NCBI RefSeq assembly: GCF_008831285.2 | Contig: NC_045138.2 | Span: forward strand, 22,630,001-22,694,000 | Source: Nymphaea colorata | Lineage: Eukaryota | DNA: 64,000 bases | Direction of reading: 5' to 3' | Part shown: one piece after another, positions 1 through 13,100 of the stretch | Layout of the letters: every line of letters starts with the position of its first letter | Position numbering within the stretch: the first letter of the stretch is position 1 | The notes under the pieces: generated by a model | Told to the model about the DNA's origin: nothing | The model's input: the letters and a program-made list of their open reading frames with translations, nothing else | Databases searched by the model: none | Position numbers and translations under genes: made by a program

Positions 1-129
1 TTTACGTTTTAGATATTTTTTAAGGGGCAGTAATATGAAAATAGGGAAAATAGCTATTAGATACCAATGTAAAAAAAACCATTTTCTGTGTATCTGTGTG
101 GGCAACTGTCCACACATAGCCTACACCTG

Positions 130-600
130 ATACCACCATATCTACCAACCGGCACACAACAAACTTAGGCAACCTGAATGAGAGTTTGATCAATTCCCAC
201 GCAACTAAATCATCTCTTAAGTTCAGCTACCATGTTAGTCCCTTCCTTGTCAGTACTTCCTTTGAAACTCTACAGCAATAAGCTTCTAAATCTTACATGC
301 CAGCAAGCAATTAAAGAACAGCATATACATCAACGGTTTGCCATCTTCCGGCCTCTCTTCTTCTGGCGATCAAGAGTTGGGAGTCTCCCTTCACATGCTA
401 AGAAGGTGAACCACACCTCCTTCAAGGATGAACATCTCCCCACCATACCCAAGATCTTCATTCATCTTCCCCTATATCCTTGGATTTGATTCATTGGCAG
501 TCCTCCCATTCAACAATAGCATATCTTTATCACATCCCAACTCGGGCCTCACTCTACCTACTACAAGGAGCGTCTGAGAATTAGGACTGAGTCAAGGACC
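130..600 (-). mobile_element. Degenerate LINE (L1) ORF2 3' remnant, zf-RVT-like region
   Basis: The minus strand near 310-420 reads WFTFLACEGRLPTLDRQKKRGRKMANR*CIC, resembling the plant L1 zf-RVT motif (W..RLPT.DRL.KRG...NRC.LC). Stops are present and boundaries are approximate. Confidence 0.5.
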
Positions 601-2037
601 GGTTTCATGGTAAGGTTACAGTTTCCGTCCCGCTGAATGAATTTACCAACACTGATAAGGTTAGGGAGAACCCAGCCAGACCAACTAATTCAAAAAGAAA
701 AAAATTAATTGAAAATCTTTAGTTGCTTAATGTATTTTTTAGATTCGGTCTTAGTTTGGCTCTACTCGAATAAGTAAGTTAGACCGTTTGACCCACCCTG
801 AAAAAAATTCTCGTTCCGCCCTTGCCTTCACCTAACTTCCAACTTCCAAGACACCTTGTCTTTGAGATGCCTCCAACATTTAACGCATCCTTTGAAGAAC
901 CTAGAATGCTTCACACTAGCCTTGATTCTCCAAAGCCCTTTTGAGGCATTACATATTTTCTTGTAATAGAGGGCAGCCTAAAAGGAACCTTGGGAACAAA
1001 TTTTATGAGCTAGCCCAGCAACTCTAGCTTTCATCCACTGTTCCTTGCCCTGACTTCGGGGCTAGTAGGTCTATAGATATTTGACCAAGAGATGAGGTGA
1101 TTTTTTTTACTTTGGCTTCCATCATGCTTCACCGAAGAGAGGCAACTACCTCTCCCCTGTGCCCATCACCGTAGGGTTCACAAAGCTTACGTTGGGACTT
1201 ATGATTTGAACCTCACACCTTTCTGAGGTGAACAGTCTTGCCGCGCAGTATGCTATAACCTTTCCAAGTGCATGACAACCAGAACCCTTTTTGGGGAAAC
1301 AAACAAAAAAAGACCACACTGTAGATTATATGCAGGAGTAAGCACAATCAACCGGCATAAGAGGAGGACATTTCTTTCTAGTCGGAAGTCTTTTGTCCAA
1401 CCTCGGAAGGAGAAAACTGCACCACTCTTCCTCATTGTTACCTGCAAACAAAGGTCAACCTAAATACACGCGAGGTAGGCGGCCTAGCTAGCCCTTGGTT
1501 CAACTGCAAAGACAATAGACTCTCTTGAATCTGAGCAATCGAACTACTTGTTGCCAACAGGTTTGTTTGTTATCAATTAGAGGCCTCTAGGATTCCTGGA
1601 CTACAGTTCAACGACACGATTAAAATGCTATGTTTTTAGGAAGACTTGTAGCCAAAATATGGCAAGCATAGATATCGCAGGTGAAAACAAAATTCCTTTC
1701 AATATTTTTTGTCAATCAAGTTGAATGGAGAAAATTATGCGCTATGATCTTCTCAGTTATCTCTTCCTCATAATCAACCATGAACCTTTTTTTTTTTTTT
1801 TAGAGTTGAAAGTACTATAGGTTAAGAAAAAGTATAAAAAAATGCCATTCTAATGGTAACCCAACTCAGATTCTTCTTGGTAATGCCCATCTTAATCTGC
1901 AAAAGATTGAACTTGCTTAACATTTTTAAACGATGAAACTGCAAATATTGCGTCACAAAATAAACCAAAAATGAAGAAAGACAAATGAAACAAACACCAC
2001 AAGTTTGGATTGAATGCCAAAAACTATTTGGTGATCA

Positions 2038-5000
2038 CTAAAACTCAACATCCTCGCCTTCAAGGAAGTTGTGGCCGGAAGGTCCGCCGGGAGGGAGGAG
2101 AGCAACTCGCACCAAATTGGCGGCGCCTTCCGCCGGAGAGAGATCGCCATTGCCAAGGTTCATGTCAGTCCTCACGTAGCCAGGGTGCACGCTGTTGACG
2201 CAAGCTTTGTCATGCAATTGAAGGGCCAAAAGCCTCGTGTATGCATTCAACGAAATCTTGGAGATGGAGTAAGTGGGATACTTAATGGGCCACCTGTCCA
2301 TGCCCTTCTCAGACTTCACATCTTCAAGAAACATGTCCAACCCCTCGTCGATTTTTTCCTCTGTTAAGCTCGCCGTTTCACACAGTTGTTTCCTTAACTC
2401 TTCATCCCTTAGAAGCTGCGGCACCAACATTGTTGATCTATTCACAAACCTGATTCCCAGAAATCTTGGTGATATTTTAGAATATGTAACTTTTATTTGG
2501 GAAAGCTTCGATAGAATTGTCGACATATCTATCTATATAAAAGGGAAAAGGAAAAAAAAAGAAACATAAAAAATGTTGATGAATATCTTAAACTTTGGTT
2601 TAAATAGATATTTGAGCGAAACAAGTTGCCTGCAGAGAGGTGTATAGTGACCAAAAGAATACATTTGAACAAGTTTTTTAAAAAGATGTTTTAAAAAATA
2701 AAAAGTGGTCACTAAAAAAAAAATTAAAGTTTAAAATGTACATTTTTTTACAAAAAAAATTTAAAGTACCCAAAGCCCTTTGCTTTTTTCCTTGGTATAT
2801 ATTTGTTGTGTAGATGCCCACGTGCATGCACCTCATCTAGTATTGGAGTCCCAACTCTTCTGCTTGGAACAACCCCTTCATTCACTCAAACTTGGTTATA
2901 TGTGTCATACTGGTATACAAAACATAAAAATTAAAAAATTAAAAAAAATAAACAAACTAAAAATATTTTTTTTTCACTCTATCTTAGTGTTTGCCCACCC
3001 AACGTCTATTATCCATAACTCCAACTGTTTATTTGAAAAAAGAATAGATGCTACATAGTTGGTTCTCATCCTTTAAAGACTATGAGTGCGAGCATCCATC
3101 GACAAAAAGATCACCCTAAAATGATCATCTCATGGCTATTGAGAATGAATCAAATCAGATGGTTTTATTTCTCAATCTTTCTGACTTGCTTCTATGGGTA
3201 GAAAAGATTGAGAAAGGTCTAATTTACAGGCGAGTAAAAATTACAAAAATATCCCCTCTACTATATGGGTTGGGGGCATCTAATCCCTCGACCCTCCTCT
3301 TTCCAGCCGAGTTTTGAAGAAACAGAAAATTGCAAAAAGTTCGGACATTATATATGAAAGTCCTAGTTCTGCCACTGGTGGACAGAAGTCCTCAGCATGA
3401 AAAAGGGAACATGAAAAAACCAATAAACGAGTTCAAATATGACAGCGTCCAACTAACTTAGATTTACTTTGAACCATAAGCAGGAATATTCAAGAAGAAT
3501 TGGAGTCTTACAGACAGTAGTCCATATCTGGATGAGACGTTTGACAATCCTTGGCTTGTGAGAAGAGGGGCGCAGGAGAGGGAGCAAAGCCTTGGTCAAT
3601 CTCTTGGTTCCATAGAAGTTGGTCTCTAGACATCCCCTCGCCGACTCGTATTTGTCTGAGACCCCATTTGCCCATGTAAGAAGTGCCTGTGCATAATCAT
3701 TTTCACAAGGTTATAGAGAGAAATAATTAAAATTGGCTTAGTTTTTATGTCATTAGGGGGTGCAGGATCTGCTCGGAGACTCGGAGTGCCGACCCTAGTC
3801 CTCTTTTTCATCAAGATTGGACACTAAAACTAGCTACTTACTATGCACCAACCCGCTTGAAGATGGGGCCCCATGGGTGAGTAGGCGGTTATGAATATAT
3901 GAATAGTCTGCAGCTTTCCTTCCAAAGACGAGTGGATTTTAGTGGCCAAATGGGCTGTCACGGGCTGACTTCTTCAGTCGACTGCATAGATTCTAAACAC
4001 CCCATAGGTGAGTGGGTGGGTAGGCGGCCATGAATATGAATAGTCTGCAGCTTCCCTTAGTAGCCCAATCCGCTTGCAATGTATCGCACAATTTTTTAAA
4101 AATAAAAACACAATCTCGAAAAATAAATCTTTAAAATCGTCTATTTCCATATCTAGCAATGTATTTTTAAGAAATGAAAAATCACCTCCTAACATTTCTG
4201 ATTATTGAAAGGTTTTTTCACGATAATATCTTAAAAAGCGGCCTACAAGTTAAAGGTATCTATTCATTTGGATCTCACACATGCAATTAGGTTTTTCCAA
4301 AACAATTTTGAAAAGTTGATATAAGAAAAGGAATTCATCGCATTGAATCGTAGCTCAAAGCATTACATATTGTTTAAATGGCCTGAAAGCCCGAAAGCTA
4401 TTGACGTTGAAGGTGTTTCTCAAAATTTGACGTCTATGGTTTCAGTTCGAATCGAACAAAAAAATGTAATTACTGACCTCGGAAGGATGCGTCACTAAAT
4501 ATACTTAAACTTTTCCTTGATAGAGAGAGAGAGAGGGGGGGGGGGGAGGGAGAGGAAGGGGAACAACCACATTCCACCGCCTTCTTTTGGTTGAGGGGCA
4601 CTATCCGATCTCTTGTTTAAGAGAATTAGTGATTGCAGGGCCTCACTTAGGTTTGGTGTAGACGTTACATGCAGCTGCTAAACCTTGGTCCAGTTTAATC
4701 AACAATGCAAGATTTAAGGGGCTGGTGTGGGTTCACACAGTAGCTCCGCTGTTGCACCGTTTTGAAAGTTTAAGGACTTCACCCTCAATCCTTTCCATAC
4801 TAACTCAACAGTAATCATAAGGATAATGTCCACCAGAATCAAATATAAAATGAGATTGAAGAATATATGGAACCATGATATTCATGCACGGACAGGTCTT
4901 ACCAATTGGTAAGAGAGAGAGAGAGAGACTACCAGCATGGTGCTTTGGTCGACATTGTTCCATTCCTTTAGGTTCCAATCTATCACTGAATTGTCAACAG

Positions 5001-5741
5001 CAGCGTGATTTACCTACAGTCAAATCATACACATCCATCACCTGGTAACCATTGAATCAAACAGTTATAAACTTTGCTTTAGTTAGTTGTTTCCCAACAA
5101 AAGAATCACCCCAGGTGAGCAGGGCAGGGCAGGGCGTTACTATCATGAGTTTTTGGGTCTTAAGCTGTGTTGGGACTTTCATGAGTGTTGCAATCCCATC
5201 TTCAAGGGATTAGATGAATAGCGCTACCCACAAAAATAGAACCTGCTGGCTTCTCGGACCAGTTAGAAGAAGTTTACCAGAATATCCGCGAATCCAACAG
5301 TCAGCTTCAACCAATCGACGAAATCCAACACACTTTGCTGCTGAGTAATATCCAGAGTGTGGAAGATGACATTCTTCCTCCCCGTTTCTGCTGCTTCTTG
5401 TAAGAACTGTTGAGCAGCGCTTGAGAGTTGCTCCTGCGGCTTCCGAGCAGTCATAATGACCGTCAGCCCCTTGTCTGCGAGCTGCCTGCAGACCTCCAGC
5501 CCGATCCCTCTGTTTGCTCCCGTCACCACCGCCACCGTCTCCTCACTCCACCACTCTGCTCCCTCTCCTGCCTGCAACCAAGAACCAAACACCATACATC
5601 TGTGATTTCATCATAGCACAGAACAGAGGCTGGTTTGGCCTAATTACTCTCGCGTTCTGAATTGCTGAACGCTTTGATCAAGTTTCAGAAAAGCAAAGAA
5701 AAAATGGAAACCACACCAAAGATAGCCCTTGCTGCATCCAT
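2038..5741 (-). CDS. Short-chain dehydrogenase/reductase, carbonyl reductase/(+)-neomenthol dehydrogenase/salutaridine reductase-like; apparent frameshift in exon 4 (candidate pseudogene or sequence error)
   Basis: Inferred exons are 5741-5715 (start uncertain), 5571-5278, 5013-4933, 3686-3512 and 2415-2038, all GT-AG. Motifs: TGANRGIG (Rossmann fold), DILVNHAA, CLETNFYGTKRLTKALLPLL, RIV/NVSS, catalytic YSISK, VNSVHPGYVRTDMN and LPPGGPSG. Exon 4 is 175 nt between phase-0 junctions. Confidence 0.85.
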
Positions 5742-8700
5742 TAATTTCTCAACATCCTAAACAAATCAACTAAAATTCTTCATTGCTCTCACCATTCTTG
5801 TTCCCCCTTGTCTACCTTTATCAGAAAGCAGCGGCAACCTCAAAGGTGAAGGATTATATATATATGGGAACTAAGATGCTAGGGTACGCAATTGGTGAAA
5901 GTTAAATGCAAAACAACTTGCGCCTGTTTTTGGAATGAATGTAGAAGGTGAAGCATCCACCTTTCTGGTTCGGTTACAACTCCATGTTCAAGAATCGGGA
6001 GCATGACAAGTGCCTCTTCAACTCGTCCTACTTCAATTTTCAGTTTTTTTGTTTTTTTTTTTAATGCATATGTCAATTATAGCTACAGTGGAATCACCTT
6101 TAGTTATGTGATTTAATTTTTTTTTTTTTGGTGTCATGTATATATATATAGTCCTTTGGGTGGGTTAAAATTTTGTGAAACAGGTTAGTATATGCTCAAA
6201 ATTTTACTGTTGTGTGCTTTCAGATTTCTACTGTCATGCCTTGTGACTAAGTATAAAAGAAGTGGTGAATTAGTGTGTTATCCGACTCTTGTGTTAATAT
6301 GTCCTGTCATTTACAGGAGCAGAAGAAGAGGATGTGCAGGCAGACCATTCCTTAAACAAATTGATTTGTAACAAGTAGAAATTAAAAAATAAGAAAAAGC
6401 AGTTTGACATTAAAAAAACATGAAAGAAACAAATAAAATGCAAAAAAACTCATTTTATTAGTGTTTTATTTGTTTTGGTGTATTTTTTTTCAAAAAACGG
6501 CATTTTTTTAAAAGTTTTAAATGGCTAGCTTATTTATCTCATTTTTTAGTGTTTTTTTTGTAAAAAAAACAGTTTTTTTCCGATGGATTAAGGTTCTGCG
6601 CATTTAGAATAGAACTACAAATATTGCAATTCAGTTGGCCATTCATGAGAACCTCTCTAGTGCAAACACAAACAAAGGTTCAGATTCATTTTACAAATGA
6701 CCATCTTAACTTGGAGGAGGAACCAACTAAAGTCTGCCTACTTAAAGGCAGGTGCTGTCACATATCATCAAAAAAGTCCAAAGGATGAGACATAGGTGGG
6801 CTGCTGTCAAGAACGTAAAGGACAAACGATGCCAGAACACGTTTATCACCAGAGCTCGTCGTCCTTGCTTTCATGGAAGTTTGGCCGGAAGGGCCACAAG
6901 ATCAGTAAAACCTTCATAGTTTACTGGAGGTCGATCTGGAGGAAGAGGAACACGTATCATTTGTTCGGTGGGAATGGGGAACTGGTTTCTCTTCCGTTGA
7001 AGAAAGTTGTGAATCAACGTCACCTTTGGCGGCGACGGAATCTGTCCATCTTCCCCGCATTTTTTCTCCCATCAACACGCTGTTTCACTCTTTTCTGGAA
7101 TGCGTCAATTCATCAGTTGATGTTGTAAGAATACGACGCCAACGTTTGGCTTTGTTTTCTCTCTTCCTAGAGACCATCTACAAATACGCTATCTCAAGTA
7201 TCTCCTTCTTTTCTCATTTTAGAAATTCAGAAAATGCAGAATTTAAAATTTAATTTTGAAATAAAAAATGCTAAAGTCTGCAAGGCACAGTATCATACCG
7301 GCCGATTCGATGGCAAGTGATATTGACAAGATGAGTTGTAATGTCCAAATTGATCTTTTGATCAAAGTGGGATGGAAAGGTTAGTCTCAAACACCTTTTC
7401 CTTCTTATATCTGGTTACATGTGTTATATTGGTGACAAAATTATGGTACGTTAATATTGGTTAATGACAAAAATACCTTTAATTTATAATAAAAATAATA
7501 ATTAAAATAAAAATTAAAAAGTTTAAAAAAACATTATTTTTTAAAAAATTATCACAATGTTCCTAGGGCCTACATGGATTGCATGAGCCAACTCACTTCC
7601 CTTATTCCTTCCTCATTTTGGGGGTCTTCTAAACTTGGGCCGTGCCGGTTTTCATTTTGTCCACATCTAAAAACATCTCAATCTAATCTTCTTTGTTTCT
7701 TGGAGGAAGCCAAAGAACTTTTCTATGTGTTTGTCTTTGCCATACGATGTAGGGGGCAAACCGAGGACAAAGCCAAAAATTTTTCATGAGCCAAGTCAAA
7801 TTAAAGTTCCTAAATTTTGATTAAGGTCAAAATATCACTTTTCAGAAATTTTATATGAAACTTTTTAAAATTTACATGTAATTTTTTATTTAAAAAATTG
7901 AGGTGGAGCCAAGACTCATGCAAGCCCTACCTAAGTGGATGTTATTTTCCCCAAAAAATCCATTTAAGTTTACTTCCATGGCTTCTATTAGTTTTAATTT
8001 GTTTTCTTTTCTTTTCTTTAACTTTTTCTTGCCTGCGCTCCCAACTAACCAATTGAGAACCCAGAAGACCGCTGCTGAGCAGAATCGCTTTGCAAGTTCT
8101 AATTTAGGAAAACTAAAGAAGTGAAAATATGCATAGATCTACAGGCAGTTGTCAGTGACAACTTTCGAAGGTGAAATATTTCACCAATAAAAGCCAAACC
8201 TAAATTATGCAAGGACAACACATCAGTAAAAGGGATGAACACTCGGCGTGAGAACCCGCTTTCAATAACGCTTAGTTTTCATTGTTGTATTGCATAAGTA
8301 ATCATTTCTTTCAATGTCCTAAAAGGCGATAAAGCAAGGCGGGGGACGTTAATTGAAGCCTAAGCTTTACAGATAAATTTGTGAATTATATAATATTTAT
8401 AAAAATAATAACAAAACTGAACAAAATGACTACAGTACTAAGCAAATCAATAAAGAACAATGCACAACATATGCAAACCACAATAATTTGTAAATCCAAT
8501 TAAGTACAATGCCATAACATATAATACAAAGAGTGCTTGCATAATTGGCACATAGCATGATTTGTCCTAAACAGTTAAATATTATAGAAAGTTAAATGTC
8601 ATAGAAAAAAGAAAGAATAGAAATATAGGAAACAAATCCATACTACTTCGGTCTCAAAGAAAGTATAAATATAAAGATAAAAGGGATCTTGGGTGCATGA

Positions 8701-9699
8701 CTTGTTGTCTTGCTCATGTTTAGTAATTTAATGATGCTTTTAGTGAGCATTGTAGTTAATTACCTTTTCAAGTCACTATTATGTTCAGTATAATTCTCTA
8801 AACATAGGGTAATAAAAAAAAGTACTATATAATAATAATAATAATAAGTAATTCTTAACTGTTTTTATCAGTAGACATGTTTCTTAAAATGCATATATAA
8901 CTTGTCAAAGGAAAGACGTTTTCTAAAAGTGTGGATTAATTTTATAAATGGGTCAATAATAAGCAACTCATGCAAAGTAAGGAATATGCCCTGTAATTGG
9001 ATGGTCACCGACTCAGCCAAACGATCAGATCAACGTATGCACCTAAGTAAAGCACAGCAAATCTGATTTAGGGTAAGATAGCAATGGATCGGACCACCCA
9101 GCCCCGCTGAAACAATGGAGATTCCAAGTGCCACTGTCGACAAAAGACGCCCTTCACCACTTGTAAATTGTAATAGTGCTCCAGTCTTTTGGTGCTGAAC
9201 ACCACTGCCAACATTTGGCAACATTGGAACGAGGACCACCATCCATGGAGAACACGTCCAACTCCAAACGATGACAATATAAAACAAAGGTGAACACCGG
9301 AATATTATATTATGAGTGCAAGGACATGACCAGGAGTGGAATGCGTGAAGAAAATAGGTTCGAGAGGGTGGCAAGTCATGGCCAGAGAGCTAAGTCAAGA
9401 GGGCTGCCAGTCATGAGAGGAGAGAGAGCGAGCTGCAAGATAGTGGCCATGGCCAGCGCTAGTCCTGGACAGAGAGAAAGGTAGCCACTTATCTTTGGCA
9501 GTCGTGGAGAGAAAGAGACTCAAAGAGGAACGTATCAGCCATGGAGAGACTTAGAGACTTACAGGTGTAATAGATTTTTGACGTTGGCGAATTGCGACAG
9601 CTCCACTAGCCGCAGCTCCAAGCCTCCGCCCTCTAGCATCCGTAGGTGCAGTGACGGTTGAATTTCATAGGTGATTTGAGACTGATAATAAGGGATTTA

Positions 9700-10165
9700 T
9701 GTAAGATCATTTGGGGGGCCGGCATATGTCTATGAGTAATTTCAGACATTATGGCTGTCTTAATGTAAATATCTGCTTAAGTGATTGCATTTCGGAATAT
9801 TGCGTCATTTTAGATGGTATGGGGTAATTTTGAAATGTATAGATATCAGTACGAAATTACGGACTCTTTGATGGGTGGAATCCGTAATTGTCCTTATTAT
9901 AAAATGGTAGTGGTCCCTAGGGTCGTGCAAGGGTTGCCTGAAACATTGGTTTCTATGGTTTTCCTCTTCCCCATTTGAGAGAGACTTCAAGCCGCCGCAC
10001 GTACCCTGGAAGACCCTGCTGTGATCTTCCCCATCAGATGGATTCAGATACGCTTCCGCTTCAATTTAAGGTTTCGTTTATTTCAATGATTTAGCATGAG
10101 CATGATTCTGTTTTAGGGTATATACGTTTGGTTTTGTATATGCGTTATGGGGAGAAATCCCAACA
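9700..10165 (+). repeat. Copia 5' LTR
   Basis: TGTAAG...CCAACA, direct repeat of 15296-15769, followed by the PBS. Confidence 0.95.
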
Positions 10166-13100
10166 ATTGGTATCAGAGCCTTTGTTCTTTATTAAATCGT
10201 TGATTTTTGGTGATTTTTTGTGTTCTTGCCGTTCAGATGTTCCCCATTTGGTTCTTCGGCTGCAAGCTTTTCAAAAATTTTAGGTTGAGGGCGTGCGACG
10301 GAAGCCGTCGGGCTTCCGTTGCAGCCATCAGGAGGATCGGAGAAGGGGACGAAAGGATCGGCCGGCGTCAGTCGCCGTTGGGCGATGGCGGGCCTCCTGC
10401 CGTTGGGGCGTGTCCCTGCCTGCGGCCACCCACGCCGTTGGGTGGCCTGTCGGTGCTCTCCGCGTATCCGTTGCAGCCATATGAAGCCGACGCATAAGGA
10501 AACCAACGCATAAGGAAAGGGGACGCCGGGTTCCACCGTTTTGGCGGCCGACGGACGGCCGTTAGGCGACGGCCGGTTTCTGTCGTCCTGGCGGGACTCG
10601 CCGGCGGTGGCTCCCTTGCGTCGGGCGTTGCAGCCATTGAAGAAGAACGGGAAAGGGGCAGTGGGATGGCGACGGCAGGGAGAGGTGATGGCCGGCAAAG
10701 GGCGACTGCCGGTGACTCAGCTGTCGCCGGACGGGCCCGTGCGACCCACCGCCATCCACCCATAGTCACCGGCGACCCACCGGTGGCCTCCTCGCCGCTT
10801 CAGCAACCGCCCAAATCTTAAAAAGGGGCAGAATATAGAAGAAGGGGAAACCGACCATAATCGACCGGTTTCCGGCGGGCGTCGGCCCGCCATCGTGGCA
10901 GCCGACGTCCGACGACATTGGCGGCACCTGCCGGTGGAGCTTCACCGCCCGCCAGCTGTTCGGCAGGCAAGCGGTGGAGGCGACGCCCGCGACCGCTCGC
11001 GCGGTCAAGCAGGAGGGTCGGCCCGGGTCGGGTCTTGACAGACCCGATCCGGATCCATCATCTTTAGAAAAAAAAAAAAAAACATTTTGCCGCCTCGCGC
11101 CCGAGCCCCTGCGTTTGATTTTTGAACCGGGTCGGGTCCTCCCGTATCCATGCAGTTTAACTTTTGAGAAACGGTTCATCCTTGTCAAACCAGTTCTGAA
11201 AAGAGTCGAACCGGTTTGTTCAGTTTCAGACCGATTCAGTTTGTTTTTAGACCGGTTCGGACCTTTCAGATCCGATTCGGACCGTTTTGGGACCGGTTCA
11301 TTCAGTTTTGGAATCGATTCTAGCATTTAGAACCGATTAAGTTGATTTTCGAACCGATTCGGGCATTTTCAGACCGGTTCACTTGATATTTAGACCGATT
11401 CAGGGCTTTTCAGACCGGTTCATTGAGCTCTGAAACCGTTTTTAGCCAATTTTAACCGGTTCAATGGGTTTTAGAACCAATACGGTCCATTTTTTACCGG
11501 TACGTCCAATTTTTAGACTGGTTCAGCCCTATGTAGGGGCATGTGGGTGTTCTAATTATGGTTTAAGAATGGTACGGGCCATTTTAAGGCCGATTCAGTA
11601 GTTCTTGACCCTCTTAAGCACGATTATGATACCGGTTTATAAATTTTGAACACTTTTGGGCCCCTTTTATTGGATCATTTTGGTTTTGGAATCAATATAG
11701 GGCAAATTTGTATGTAAATTTTAATTCATGTTTTGCATGTTATTAAAATTATGTATGTGCTTTAGATGAATGTTTGGATTATGAATTTGATCTTTGGCCA
11801 TGTCTGTTGTTTGAAATGAGTAAGTTTGTATTTTATGTCGCCAAAGTGACTTCTGTTGTACGAATTTGCTTGTTTTAAACATTAGATGATAGTATACTTG
11901 ATCCATGCAGACAATGATCAGCCCAAAGGAGGATTGTTGTTTGGTCAGGTTTAAGTGTACAGGGCAATGAATATGTGATAATTTTTCAGGTTTCCATGTG
12001 AATAGCAAGTCAATCCTAAGATAGGTTCGTTGTTTGATAGGGTTAATTATCTATATTCATTGTTGACCAAGAATGCCACTTGCAGTTAATATTTCAATCT
12101 AAAGATTGGATATTAGCGTTGCATCGGTACCTTGTGATGGGTTTTGGGCCGTTGTGTTTAAATTCATTTATATTTGTTATTTCATCTTTGTACATGTATT
12201 GATTGTGAGCATGCTTTGGTTTGTTCTTTGTACAGTGAGTTCTGCTTCCATGATATTTGCAAATTTGAGTACTATTACTGAGATGAATGATTCGATTCTT
12301 ATAAGTAAGAAAAGAAAGACTGTTATAGAAGTTGCCGTTGACCAATCATCCGTTAAGAAACAGAAGAAGCATAAGGAAGACCTTTTAGGTTGCTTCTTTT
12401 GTAAGGGTAAAGGTCATATAAAGAATGATTGTACTAAGTTTCACGCATGGCGTGAAAAGAAGGGTACATTTCTCACTTTGGTTTGTTTTGAGGTTAATTT
12501 AACTTCAGTACCCAAAAATACTTAGTGGGTAGATTCAGGTGCTACTACTCACATAAGTGGTCTCTATGCAAGGCTGCCTAAATTGTCAAACGCCAATTGA
12601 TGCTGAAAGATTTATCTATGTGGGCGATAGCAAGAAGGCGAAGGTTGAAACTATAGCAGATTTTCGGTTATTGTTAAAGACTGGTTGTTATTTGAATTTG
12701 ACAGAAACTTATGTGGTACCGTCTTTTAGACAGAATTTGGTTTATATTTTCTCACTGGACAAATTTGGTTATTATTGTTCATTTGGAGGAAATAAATTTA
12801 AGTAGTTTGTGCATTCAAATTTGAATTTCACTGGTTCTTTGTCTTCTAGCGATAACATTTATTTGCTTGATATGGTTGTTTCATATAATGAAACCTTGCA
12901 TGTTACGTCTAGTGGTACTAAAAAAAAATTAGCCAAAGAGAATTCTGCTATGTTATGGCATTAGCGCTTAGGACATATCTCTGAAAAGAGAATATAAAGG
13001 CTTATGTCGAAAGGAATTCTTGAGTCCCTTGATTTTGCAAACTTTAATGTTTGCACTGATTGTATAAAGGGAAAATGAACAAACATTAAGGGGTTATAAG

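Noticed and set aside
5757..5795. Upstream ATG plus micro-intron extending the SDR N-terminus (M-DVEKL)
   Set aside because: It would need a 36-nt intron, which is too short for plants. Read unspliced it hits a stop.
6700..7250. GC-richer patch with two short ORFs
   Set aside because: No motif, splice structure or terminal repeats that I could support.
10168..10180. tRNA-Met-like sequence (also at 53994)
   Set aside because: These are retrotransposon primer-binding sites, not tRNA genes.
10192..11330. Many overlapping ORFs on both strands
   Set aside because: A by-product of high GC in the Copia leader, with no recognisable domains.
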